A DNA stretch of 46,167 nucleotides from an uncultured bacterium (GTDB lineage: Bacteria; Fidelibacterota; Marinisomatia; Marinisomatales; UBA1611). The stretch is from positions 1-46,167 of the forward strand of contig CAYZJY010000004.1 of the NCBI GenBank assembly GCA_964478995.1, written 5' to 3'. Numbering within the stretch: the first letter of the stretch is position 1; each line of letters begins with the position of its first letter. The notes beneath the pieces were generated by a model. It had not been told where the DNA came from, made no database searches, and saw nothing but the letters and a program-made list of their open reading frames with translations. Shown piece after piece: positions 35,072-43,926 of this stretch. The translations under genes and the position numbers were made by a program.

Positions 35072-36874
35072 ATGAATACGAAACAAATTAGAAATTTTTG
35101 TATTATTGCCCATATTGATCATGGTAAGTCTACTCTTGCAGATAGATTGCTCGAAGAGACAAAAACATTATCAGATAAAGATATGAAAGCACAAGTTCTA
35201 GATAGCATGGATCTAGAAAGAGAAAGAGGAATAACGATTAAGAGTCATCCCATCCGCATGGAGTATGACCATTCTGATGGTGATACTTATATTCTTAATC
35301 TCATTGATACTCCAGGCCATGTGGATTTTTCTTATGAGGTATCTCGGTCTCTGGCTGCTTGCGAAGGTGCTTTGCTATTAGTTGATGCTGCGCAAGGTGT
35401 GGAGGCCCAAACTGTATCAAATACCTATCTAGCGATTGACAATGATCTGACTCTCATACCCATAATCAACAAGGTCGATCTTTCTTCAGCAATGGTAGAT
35501 GACGTTAAGTCCCAGATAATCGAATTGATTGGTTGCGAAGCAAATGATATCATAGAGGCTAGTGCAAAAAGCGGTATTGGCATACCAGAAATATTTCAAG
35601 CCATTATAGAGCGTATTGATTCGCCAATTGATAGGCATGGTGAAAGTTGTAGGGCATTGATATTTGATTCAATGTACGATAATTATAAAGGAGCCATACC
35701 TTATGTGAGAGTATTTGATGGAGTCATCAAACCTGGGGATACTGCAAAATTTTTTGCACATGATAGAGAATATGAGATCACTGAGACAGGTCACTTTATA
35801 TTAGATAAGGTTAAGACCTCTGAATTACGTTCAGGAGATGTGGGGTACGTGGTTGCAAGTATAAGGGATATGGGGCATATCGAGCCAGGTGATACGATCA
35901 CAACAAAGGAAACTGAGGCATCTGAAGCCTTACCAGGTTATAAGAAAATAAAGCCAATGGTCTTTTCAGGATTATATCCAGCTGATGCAGATGATTATGA
36001 CCAATTACGACAAGCATTAGAGAAATTACAGTTGAATGATGCTTCGTTAGAATTTCTCCCAGAGACAAGTGAGGCTCTTGGTTTTGGTTTTAGATGTGGC
36101 TTTTTAGGTTTATTGCATATGGAGATTATTCAAGAAAGGCTTGAAAGAGAGTTTGATTTAGATCTTGTTACAACTACACCCAATGTTATTTATCAGATCA
36201 ATACAAGAAGTGGTGAGGTATTAGATGTAGACACACCAGCAAAAATGCCTGGAACTGGTGATATAGACTCCATATTAGAACCCATTGTATCATCTGAAAT
36301 TCTTACTCCTAAGGAATATATTGGAAGTATTATGACTCTCTGCCAGAAAAAGAGAGGCATTTATAAGACTACGAACTATCTGTCACCTGAAAAGGCACAA
36401 TTACATTATGATCTTCCACTTGGAGAGATTATTTTTGACTTCTATGATAAGTTAAAATCAATCTCAAGTGGATATGCGTCATTTGATTATGAGTTCAAGG
36501 AATTTTCTAAGGCTAGTTTGCAGAAATTAGATATCATGATCCATGGCGAACCCGTAGATGCCCTATCTATTATTTGTCATTCAGATGATGCTTATCACAG
36601 AGGTGTTGCACTATGTAGCAAATTAAAGGAACTCATTCCTAGGCAAATGTTTGAGGTAGCCATACAAGCTGCATTAAATAATAGAATTATTGCAAGAACA
36701 ACAGTTAAGGCCTTGAAGAAAAATGTGACAGCAAAGTGTTATGGAGGAGATATTACACGAAAAAGAAAACTATGGGAAAAGCAGAAAAAAGGAAAAAAGC
36801 GGATGAAAATGATAGGCAAGGTAGAAATACCCCAAGAAGCATTGCTGGCTGTATTGCAAGTTGAAAGTGATTAA
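35072..36874 (+). CDS. lepA: Elongation factor 4 (LepA)
   Basis: 600 aa with IRNFCIIAHIDHGKSTLADRLL (G1), DTPGHVDF (G3), NKVD (G4) and the LepA-specific C-terminal domain ending KKGKKRMKMIGKVEIPQEA. Confidence 0.97.
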   Translation: MNTKQIRNFCIIAHIDHGKSTLADRLLEETKTLSDKDMKAQVLDSMDLERERGITIKSHPIRMEYDHSDGDTYILNLIDTPGHVDFSYEVSRSLAACEGALLLVDAAQGVEAQTVSNTYLAIDNDLTLIPIINKVDLSSAMVDDVKSQIIELIGCEANDIIEASAKSGIGIPEIFQAIIERIDSPIDRHGESCRALIFDSMYDNYKGAIPYVRVFDGVIKPGDTAKFFAHDREYEITETGHFILDKVKTSELRSGDVGYVVASIRDMGHIEPGDTITTKETEASEALPGYKKIKPMVFSGLYPADADDYDQLRQALEKLQLNDASLEFLPETSEALGFGFRCGFLGLLHMEIIQERLEREFDLDLVTTTPNVIYQINTRSGEVLDVDTPAKMPGTGDIDSILEPIVSSEILTPKEYIGSIMTLCQKKRGIYKTTNYLSPEKAQLHYDLPLGEIIFDFYDKLKSISSGYASFDYEFKEFSKASLQKLDIMIHGEPVDALSIICHSDDAYHRGVALCSKLKELIPRQMFEVAIQAALNNRIIARTTVKALKKNVTAKCYGGDITRKRKLWEKQKKGKKRMKMIGKVEIPQEALLAVLQVESD

Positions 36875-37593
36875 TGTGGCTCAATAGATATTGGAATAAT
36901 ACTCGGTCACCCCTTTACAGTTTCCTATTTACTGTACCACTTTTTATTATATATGAAATAGGTATCTTGCTTTCTTCATCAAAAGATATGATCTCAATGC
37001 GCAATGGTGCTGATGCGCTTATGAGGCAAATACTCTCAACTCTTGGAATGAATGGTTTTTATTGGATGGGAGGAGTTTTTTTTATTGGTTTTATAATTGT
37101 TTACCTGTTCCAAAAACAATATTGGAATGATATTGAAATAATTGGTGAGCATTTACTTTTAATGATGTTAGAAAGTTTTATGTGGTCGATTGCTCTTTAT
37201 TATTTTATGTCAAATGTATATGTCCTTTTAATGAGCCCGAGTGGATCAATGATGATACAACAAGTAACCCTTGCGGTCGGAGCAGGCATTTATGAGGAAT
37301 TCCTATTTAGAGTTATATTGATAACTGGAATTTCAAGTATCCTTGCTTTCATTTTTCAATGGAATATTAAACTAAGAAATTGGATTGCAATGATTCTAGC
37401 CGCAGGAATTTTTTCTGCATTCCATTTTATTGGTGAATTTGGTGACTATTTTTCATTTAATATTTTCATGATTCGTTTTTTTGCAGGTATTATTTTGGGT
37501 GTTCTATATTTCTTGCGTGGATTTGGAATTACAGCATGGGCTCACTCCATTTATGATCTAATAGTAATTACAAAAATAACGATACAACAATAG
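36874..37593 (+). CDS. CPBP-family intramembrane glutamic endopeptidase (CAAX protease/Abi-like)
   Basis: 239 aa multi-TM protein with motif 1 EEFLFRVIL (EExxxR), motif 2 FSAFHF (FxxxH) and motif 3 AHSIYD. It shares a TAATG junction with lepA. Confidence 0.85.
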   Translation: MWLNRYWNNTRSPLYSFLFTVPLFIIYEIGILLSSSKDMISMRNGADALMRQILSTLGMNGFYWMGGVFFIGFIIVYLFQKQYWNDIEIIGEHLLLMMLESFMWSIALYYFMSNVYVLLMSPSGSMMIQQVTLAVGAGIYEEFLFRVILITGISSILAFIFQWNIKLRNWIAMILAAGIFSAFHFIGEFGDYFSFNIFMIRFFAGIILGVLYFLRGFGITAWAHSIYDLIVITKITIQQ

Positions 37594-37709
37594 AAGAATG
37601 AATTATTAATTTGGTGTGGAACTAGTGCTATGGTTTTTACGTTGAAGATTGCAGATTCGATATTGATTATTGAACAATTTGATTAAAATAAACGCATAAG
37701 GAGAGTTTA

Positions 37710-38561
37710 GTGTATCCGATCATATATGATTTTGGAGAGATTGACCTATTTGGATTTCAGTTTCATTTTGCCATCTATTCCTTTGGTTTGATGCTAGTGA
37801 TTGCGTTTTATGCCTGTTACTTTTTTTTAGACCACGATCTTAAACGAAAAGGGTTTGATGATAAATTGGCATCTGATATTATTTTCTGGTCAGCGTTGGG
37901 TGGTATAATAGGTGCAAAGGCATATCATGTAATTGAAAATTTAGACCAGATATTGGCATCTCAAAATCCAATGTCAATGATCTTTAGTGGATCTGGTCTT
38001 GTATTTTTGGGAGGCTTGATCGGTGCAGTGTCTGCTGTGACCATAATATTGAATAAAAATAAGTTACCCTGGCTTAAGTTTGCTGACCAATTGGCTCCTT
38101 TGATATTATTGGGTTATGCTATAGGGCGTATCGGGTGTTTCCTTGTTGGCGATGATTATGGTATTCCTTCAAGTCTTCCATGGGCAATGTCATTTGCAGA
38201 AGGATTACCTCCGACAACGACTAGCACTTTTACTTCTCAATTTCCATGGATAGATATTTCAGATCAGTCACCAGGATTAATTACAGTACATCCTACTCAA
38301 CTATATGAGACATTCATATGCGGTGCATTATTTTATTTTCTATGGTCAAAACGTGATAAGATCATGGTTCCCGGTAGTTTATTTTTTCAATATCTCATTT
38401 TTGCTGGATTAGAGAGATTTTTTGTTGAATTCTTACGAACAAATGAAAAGTATCTATTTGATATTTTATCAGGTGCACAGGTTTTATCTTTATTGATGGT
38501 ATGTATTGGATCATACTTTTTAGTAAACCCAATTTCTGCAGTTGAGCCTGATACTGCGTAA
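37710..38561 (+). CDS. lgt: Prolipoprotein diacylglyceryl transferase
   Basis: 283 aa with a GTG start and AAGGAGAG a few nt upstream. It is polytopic, with FGFQFHFAIYSFGLMLVIAF, GGIIGAKAYH, LGYAIGRIGCFLVGDDYG and HPTQLYE blocks typical of Lgt. Confidence 0.9.
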   Translation: MYPIIYDFGEIDLFGFQFHFAIYSFGLMLVIAFYACYFFLDHDLKRKGFDDKLASDIIFWSALGGIIGAKAYHVIENLDQILASQNPMSMIFSGSGLVFLGGLIGAVSAVTIILNKNKLPWLKFADQLAPLILLGYAIGRIGCFLVGDDYGIPSSLPWAMSFAEGLPPTTTSTFTSQFPWIDISDQSPGLITVHPTQLYETFICGALFYFLWSKRDKIMVPGSLFFQYLIFAGLERFFVEFLRTNEKYLFDILSGAQVLSLLMVCIGSYFLVNPISAVEPDTA

Positions 38562-39384
38562 ATATTCATTAATATTAAATTTTTGTCTTTATTTTGTTTC
38601 AGGGCAAACTTCAAAACTTGAGATCAAAGAATATCGCCCTTTTCCTGTAGAGATTGATTTATTAGAACTTAACCCAACAAAGTTTAATTGGTCCATTGGT
38701 AATCGTTTTATACTATTGGATGAAGTGAAAAATCAATTACTGGAGATCGATCTATCTGGCGAATTGAATCTTCCTACGGGAGATGGAATAGAGAACTCTG
38801 TTTATGGCCAAATTATTTGGATGGGGATAGCACCAGAGGGAATACGAGTAGTGGACCGATTAGAAAATGAGATCCTGCATCTTGATTATAGATTGAATTC
38901 TATCCAAAAAACTTTGATTGAACCAAGATTGTACCCTGAAATGGTCACAATTAATTCTTGGGGCATAATGTATCTATACTCCCAGACATATAATGCGGTC
39001 TATTCCTTTGAGAGATCGAGAATTAATTATATTCCATTCATAGACCTATCGAAAGAACGACTTCCAAGTAATTGTTTTATTGATATGGCATCTAATGAGA
39101 ATGGCGACCTTGCCTTATTATCTTGTGAAGGGATAATCCATATATTCAGTCAAAATGGAAAATTAAAACTGTCATTCCCTTGTAATATTAAAAGTCCAAA
39201 GCACATTATTTCCCTTAGAGATGATTGGTTGGTATTGAATAATGATGGAAAGATGGAGTCGATTGAATCAAGCAAGCAGTATGCGATTCCGGCTTCAAGC
39301 ATACCTATCCTTGATGTCCAATCAATGAATAGAGCAATTGTTGTGTTGGCACAAGACCATATATTGATTATAGATGTTGAGTGA
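38542..39384 (+). CDS. Secreted hypothetical protein, beta-propeller-like (about six ~40-residue blades)
   Basis: 280 aa with a TTG start 20 nt inside the end of lgt and signal-like N-terminus MSLILRKYSLILNFCLYFVSGQ. The blade pattern recurs: RFILLDEVKNQLLEIDLSGEL, GIRVVDRLENEILHLDYRLN, IMYLYSQTYNAVYSFERS, DLALLSCEGIIHIFSQNGKL, DWLVLNNDGKMESIES, AIVVLAQDHILIIDVE. Confidence 0.6.
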   Translation: MSLILRKYSLILNFCLYFVSGQTSKLEIKEYRPFPVEIDLLELNPTKFNWSIGNRFILLDEVKNQLLEIDLSGELNLPTGDGIENSVYGQIIWMGIAPEGIRVVDRLENEILHLDYRLNSIQKTLIEPRLYPEMVTINSWGIMYLYSQTYNAVYSFERSRINYIPFIDLSKERLPSNCFIDMASNENGDLALLSCEGIIHIFSQNGKLKLSFPCNIKSPKHIISLRDDWLVLNNDGKMESIESSKQYAIPASSIPILDVQSMNRAIVVLAQDHILIIDVE

Positions 39385-42300
39385 AAAAAGATTAATCGTC
39401 TTTCTTCTGTCTATTTCGCTTAAAACATTTGCTCAAATCTCGAGCGCAACAGATACATTGATTTATTTCAGAAATTCTAATGCTATAAAACTAGATCATC
39501 AGTTTATTATTGAATCATCAATAAAGGTTATTGGTCAAGAAGGTTTGATATCACCAATTGAAGTTAAATCCATTATTGGGGAAGTCATATTTGCAGATAA
39601 TCTTGATGATCAAACAATAGTAATCAAGTATGATTATTTGAAAAATAGACTCCCTTTATCAATTGGACCAAGATGGATGAAACTTCCAATTCTTGATTTA
39701 AAATACAGTAAGAAGGATTCTATTAAGGAGGTGAAAAATTTAGAAAAAAATAAATCGAATATCTTCTCTTCAGGTAGTTTATACAGGCAAATACAATTAT
39801 CTCAAATGGGTGGTTCTAGTTTTGTAGGGGGTCTTCAAATGCAGATAAATGGGAAGATATCTGATGAAGTGAGTATTAGTGGCATATTAACAGACCAGGA
39901 TTTCCCAATTCAGCCAGAAGGTTCAACTCGGGAACTTGATGATTTGGATAATGTCCTTATTAAGATATCGCACAGTAATTTAAATTTAGATGCTGGTGAT
40001 ATTTATTATAAACATCGTAATATAAATAGAAAACTCATTGGGTTAAATAATAACTTTAAAACAAAAGAATTTAGTGGCTCCGCTGTTTATGCTAAATCAA
40101 AAGGTGATTATAAATACTTAGAGTTAAAGGGAAGAGATGGGGATCAAGGCCCATACCAATTAATGGGAAATGATGGTAATCAAGATATAGTAATACTAGC
40201 AGGTACAGAAAAGATTTGGGTTAATGGGAAGGAATTAATTCGTGGTACAAACTATGATTACATTATTGATTATTCAACTGCAGAAGTAACCTTTACACCG
40301 CAAATTATGATCAATTTTGATTCAGATCTTGCTTTTGAATATCAATATTCTGATTATCAATATCAGAAAACCTTTATGGGTGGTAATCTAAAGAAGAAAC
40401 TAGGTGAGTCTTCCATAATTGATATAGGTCTATACAATGAAGATGACCGATATAATGAACATGATTTAGATGATGATTATTTCAATTCTCTTTCATCTGT
40501 TTCAAGTGGTTCAATTACTGTGCCCACAGTCATTATAGATGTGAACGGAGACTATGTAATTAATAATGGTATCTATGAATATGACCCATCTAAAATGAGT
40601 TCTGATTCAATTCGTTATCAGGTTGTATTTCAATATGATGCAAATGGAGAATATGAAAGAAGAATTTCAGATCAAGGAAGGATCTATTATGCATTTATTC
40701 CAAATTCTGACAGAACAAAAACGATTCAACTCTATAGTCCTTTCAGAATAATTCATGCACCTAAAGTCCATCAATTTGGTTATTTTGATTATGACTATAA
40801 GGTGAATGAACATTTTAAAATTATTGGTGATCTATCAGGCTCTATTATTGATCAAAATAAAATGAATGCAACCTCATTAACTCGAGGAACTTCCTATAAG
40901 TTTGGTATTAACATAGATTCTCTGGGCTTAGGACTAGGCAGGTTGAATCTAAATATTCATAATTGGAAAAGGGATTCAAATTACAAACCCATAGGGCGGG
41001 AAAATGAAATTATGCATACTCGTCTATGGAATTTGGATTCCTCAATTAGCAGAGGAATTAATGAGATCTCCGCTCGCTCTGATTATGTAATTGATAATTT
41101 AAGTAAATCCTATTTGGAGATAGCTCAACTAAGATATGATGGTGAAAATAATACAAGGCTCAATCTTGAGCAGAGATTGATAAACAAAAGATTTGGTCAA
41201 TCTTTTTTTAATTATCTAACTGTAAAAAATTCAATTAAGACTTTTAGTAGATCCCAGGCAAATCTTCAAATTAATATTGGCAGTTTATCACCATTTTTAG
41301 CGTACTTAAATGAAAATGACCCATCCAAGGGTAATTTCTCCAAAATTGGGTTTGGATTTGATCTTGATGAAGAAGATAGAAAAGTTACCATCGGGTTTGA
41401 TCTACGTAATGATGAGAGCATAATTAATTCTAATGAGAAATTTCAAACAAGAGATTTGGTTGGAAGTATTAAATACCAGAAAAGAAATAATAATGGGATC
41501 AATCAAAATATAATTTTCAAAAAGCGTATGAAAAATGGTGGCAATAATACTAATGATTATGATTATTCAATGTTTGACATTGATATTATAAAACATGAGT
41601 TTAGTAACCCATTGCGATGGGGTATAAAACTAAGGAAAGAACAAACGCTTGTTCAAAATCGTACAGTTGTATATGACTCAGTAGGGTTGGGAATGGGCCA
41701 ATATCGATATGACCCCGTATTTAACACGTATATTTCTGATCCGAATGGGTCATTTGTTTCTTATAGTGTTTTGAGTGGTGAAAAAATCCCAAATACAGTT
41801 ATTAGAGGGTCACAAAATATTACATTAGACATGGAAAAGTTTATAAATCTATCCAATACTGTCATAAGGTTCAATTCAAGACAAGAATTCCAAGGCCAAA
41901 ATTCTGGATTTAATCATATTTTTCAGCCAGAGATAAGCGACAGTTCTATATCACAATCGAATATTTTCAATAGATTTGAAATAAATTTTAATAACCTTAG
42001 AAGATTAATGATTTGGTTAGAAGATTCACAAAATTTCAACGGATTGGATTCTCGAGGTAATAATATTTTTTATTCCAATGAAATAGGATTTGATTTCAAC
42101 CAACCATTATCAAAAACCTTATCAATACGAAATCAAAGTGAGATTAGATCAATTAATGTAGAATCGACTGTATCTGCTCTTAGAAATCGTAATTCATATG
42201 GTTGGTGGAATGATCTAGAAATACAGATGAGATTAAATTATTCATTCGATCTTGACTTCGGTTTTTTACTAGGATCTGAAAATGGAGTGCAGAAAGAAAA

Positions 42301-42595
42301 TAATTTTAATGGAAATGCCATTGGCATGAATCTATCAAGTAGAATACTACTTAATGAAAAAGGTCGTTTCCAGACAGAGATCAACTATGTTAAAGTCGTT
42401 GAAGAAAATAATCTAATGTATTTGCCTCCAGAGACATTTAATGGTTTTCCCCTTGGAATTAGTCTCAGGACCAATTCGAGACTCACCTATTCAATTAGCA
42501 GGTCTATTTCGATAGTAATGTCATTGAATACGATTGATGATAACAGATATAGTAATTTCATTTCATTTCAAGGAGAGGTTCGTGCGTATTTTTAA
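39374..42595 (+). CDS. Large (1073 aa) secreted protein, predicted outer-membrane beta-barrel, function unknown
   Basis: The ATG lies 11 nt inside the upstream ORF. The signal peptide is MLSEKRLIVFLLSISLKTFAQ. The sequence is Asn/Ser/Tyr/Gly-rich with alternating hydrophobic strands throughout, and the C-terminus ...LTYSISRSISIVMSLNT...FISFQGEVRAYF ends in an OMP-type beta-signal with terminal Phe. Confidence 0.65.
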   Translation: MLSEKRLIVFLLSISLKTFAQISSATDTLIYFRNSNAIKLDHQFIIESSIKVIGQEGLISPIEVKSIIGEVIFADNLDDQTIVIKYDYLKNRLPLSIGPRWMKLPILDLKYSKKDSIKEVKNLEKNKSNIFSSGSLYRQIQLSQMGGSSFVGGLQMQINGKISDEVSISGILTDQDFPIQPEGSTRELDDLDNVLIKISHSNLNLDAGDIYYKHRNINRKLIGLNNNFKTKEFSGSAVYAKSKGDYKYLELKGRDGDQGPYQLMGNDGNQDIVILAGTEKIWVNGKELIRGTNYDYIIDYSTAEVTFTPQIMINFDSDLAFEYQYSDYQYQKTFMGGNLKKKLGESSIIDIGLYNEDDRYNEHDLDDDYFNSLSSVSSGSITVPTVIIDVNGDYVINNGIYEYDPSKMSSDSIRYQVVFQYDANGEYERRISDQGRIYYAFIPNSDRTKTIQLYSPFRIIHAPKVHQFGYFDYDYKVNEHFKIIGDLSGSIIDQNKMNATSLTRGTSYKFGINIDSLGLGLGRLNLNIHNWKRDSNYKPIGRENEIMHTRLWNLDSSISRGINEISARSDYVIDNLSKSYLEIAQLRYDGENNTRLNLEQRLINKRFGQSFFNYLTVKNSIKTFSRSQANLQINIGSLSPFLAYLNENDPSKGNFSKIGFGFDLDEEDRKVTIGFDLRNDESIINSNEKFQTRDLVGSIKYQKRNNNGINQNIIFKKRMKNGGNNTNDYDYSMFDIDIIKHEFSNPLRWGIKLRKEQTLVQNRTVVYDSVGLGMGQYRYDPVFNTYISDPNGSFVSYSVLSGEKIPNTVIRGSQNITLDMEKFINLSNTVIRFNSRQEFQGQNSGFNHIFQPEISDSSISQSNIFNRFEINFNNLRRLMIWLEDSQNFNGLDSRGNNIFYSNEIGFDFNQPLSKTLSIRNQSEIRSINVESTVSALRNRNSYGWWNDLEIQMRLNYSFDLDFGFLLGSENGVQKENNFNGNAIGMNLSSRILLNEKGRFQTEINYVKVVEENNLMYLPPETFNGFPLGISLRTNSRLTYSISRSISIVMSLNTIDDNRYSNFISFQGEVRAYF

Positions 42596-43910
42596 TTACG
42601 TTTATTTTATTTTCTCAATTTTGATGGCACAAAATGAATTGATTGTTATAGAATCATTAAATCCTGACACAATCTTACAGGACCTGACTGTTAAGCTAGA
42701 TGAAGATGATAGACTATCCTTATTTTTCGAACTCGAATCATTCACATTGGATGGTGATAATTCAACTTATAGAATAATTGATAGCATGAAGTTTATTGAT
42801 ACATTATTGATTGGTCATAATAATGATATTCGTGAAAATATCTTATATCAAATATTTTCCCCTTATAGGGATGCAAAAATTGGAAAGAAGTTCAATGCTA
42901 TTGGAAAGGAACTTGTATCAAGATATTTTTTTATTAATAATGAACCTAATTATCAACTAGGATTAATTAATAATAAACTGGGAGCATCTTTTTCATTTAT
43001 TCCTACGTTTGAAAGCAATTTTTCAGGAATACTTGGGATGAATAAAACAGAAAATAATTGGAATCTGAATGGTGAGTTAAATTTTCACATGGAAAATTTT
43101 TTCATGAATGCAGAAAATATAAATTTTTACTGGAAGCGCATAGACTCTCTTTCACAGGTAATTAAATTAGGCTTTGCATTTCCTCATCCTTTTGGCTGGA
43201 ATACAGGAATAGGGATGAAATACCGACATGAAATATTTAATGGTTTATATGCTTCCATGGAAAATAGATATATTTTAGATACCTTTGTACCCTTATTAAA
43301 TAGTTTAGGTATCGGTTATGTTTCTGGAAGCATAAGAGCAACGGAAAAGGGAAGAGTATATGGCTATGGGAATATAGGTTACAAAGCCTTTTCATTAATT
43401 TCAAAAAAGGATGATACAAATCATAGATTATTGCCTACATCTGGAAAAAGAATCAATACTATGATCGATGGTGGTTTAGAAGATAAAAAGCGTTTCATCA
43501 ATTGTAATATAATTTTAGAGAGGTATTTCCCCTTCAGCAAAAGAATGCATTTCAAACTTAAACTGAATGGAAAGGGTATTGCATATTGGAAATCTAGTGT
43601 GCCAAAGACAAGGTATTATTGGTTTGGTGGTGCATCATCTCTAAGAGGGTATGCAGAACAGGAATTTTCGGCAACACAATTCCAAGTGACCACAATGGAA
43701 ATAGGGTATAAACCAAATAGATCAATGCAAACTATTGCTTTCATGGACATAGGTTCTGATAGATTAAATTATTCCGATAGACGTTGGTTCGGATATGGTA
43801 TTGGCATAAGTCAATTAACCAAGGACTCCATTATCAATATTGAATATGGACTATCTGGATTTTCCATGGATTCTGGAAAACTACATATAAAATGGGTTTC
43901 TCGTTTATGA
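42582..43910 (+). CDS. Short Omp85/D15 (BamA/TamA-superfamily) outer-membrane protein
   Basis: 442 aa from the GTG at 42582, preceded by AGGAGAG (42571-42577). The signal peptide is VRIFNYVYFIFSILMAQ. The Omp85 barrel hallmark is YWFGGASSLRGYAEQEF, followed by GSDRLNYSDRRWFGYGIGIS. The ~190-aa N-terminal region leaves room for at most 1-2 POTRA domains. The listed start at 42534 gives a non-signal N-terminus. Confidence 0.7.
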   Translation: MRIFNYVYFIFSILMAQNELIVIESLNPDTILQDLTVKLDEDDRLSLFFELESFTLDGDNSTYRIIDSMKFIDTLLIGHNNDIRENILYQIFSPYRDAKIGKKFNAIGKELVSRYFFINNEPNYQLGLINNKLGASFSFIPTFESNFSGILGMNKTENNWNLNGELNFHMENFFMNAENINFYWKRIDSLSQVIKLGFAFPHPFGWNTGIGMKYRHEIFNGLYASMENRYILDTFVPLLNSLGIGYVSGSIRATEKGRVYGYGNIGYKAFSLISKKDDTNHRLLPTSGKRINTMIDGGLEDKKRFINCNIILERYFPFSKRMHFKLKLNGKGIAYWKSSVPKTRYYWFGGASSLRGYAEQEFSATQFQVTTMEIGYKPNRSMQTIAFMDIGSDRLNYSDRRWFGYGIGISQLTKDSIINIEYGLSGFSMDSGKLHIKWVSRL

Positions 43911-43926
43911 AAAATAAATTGATCAA

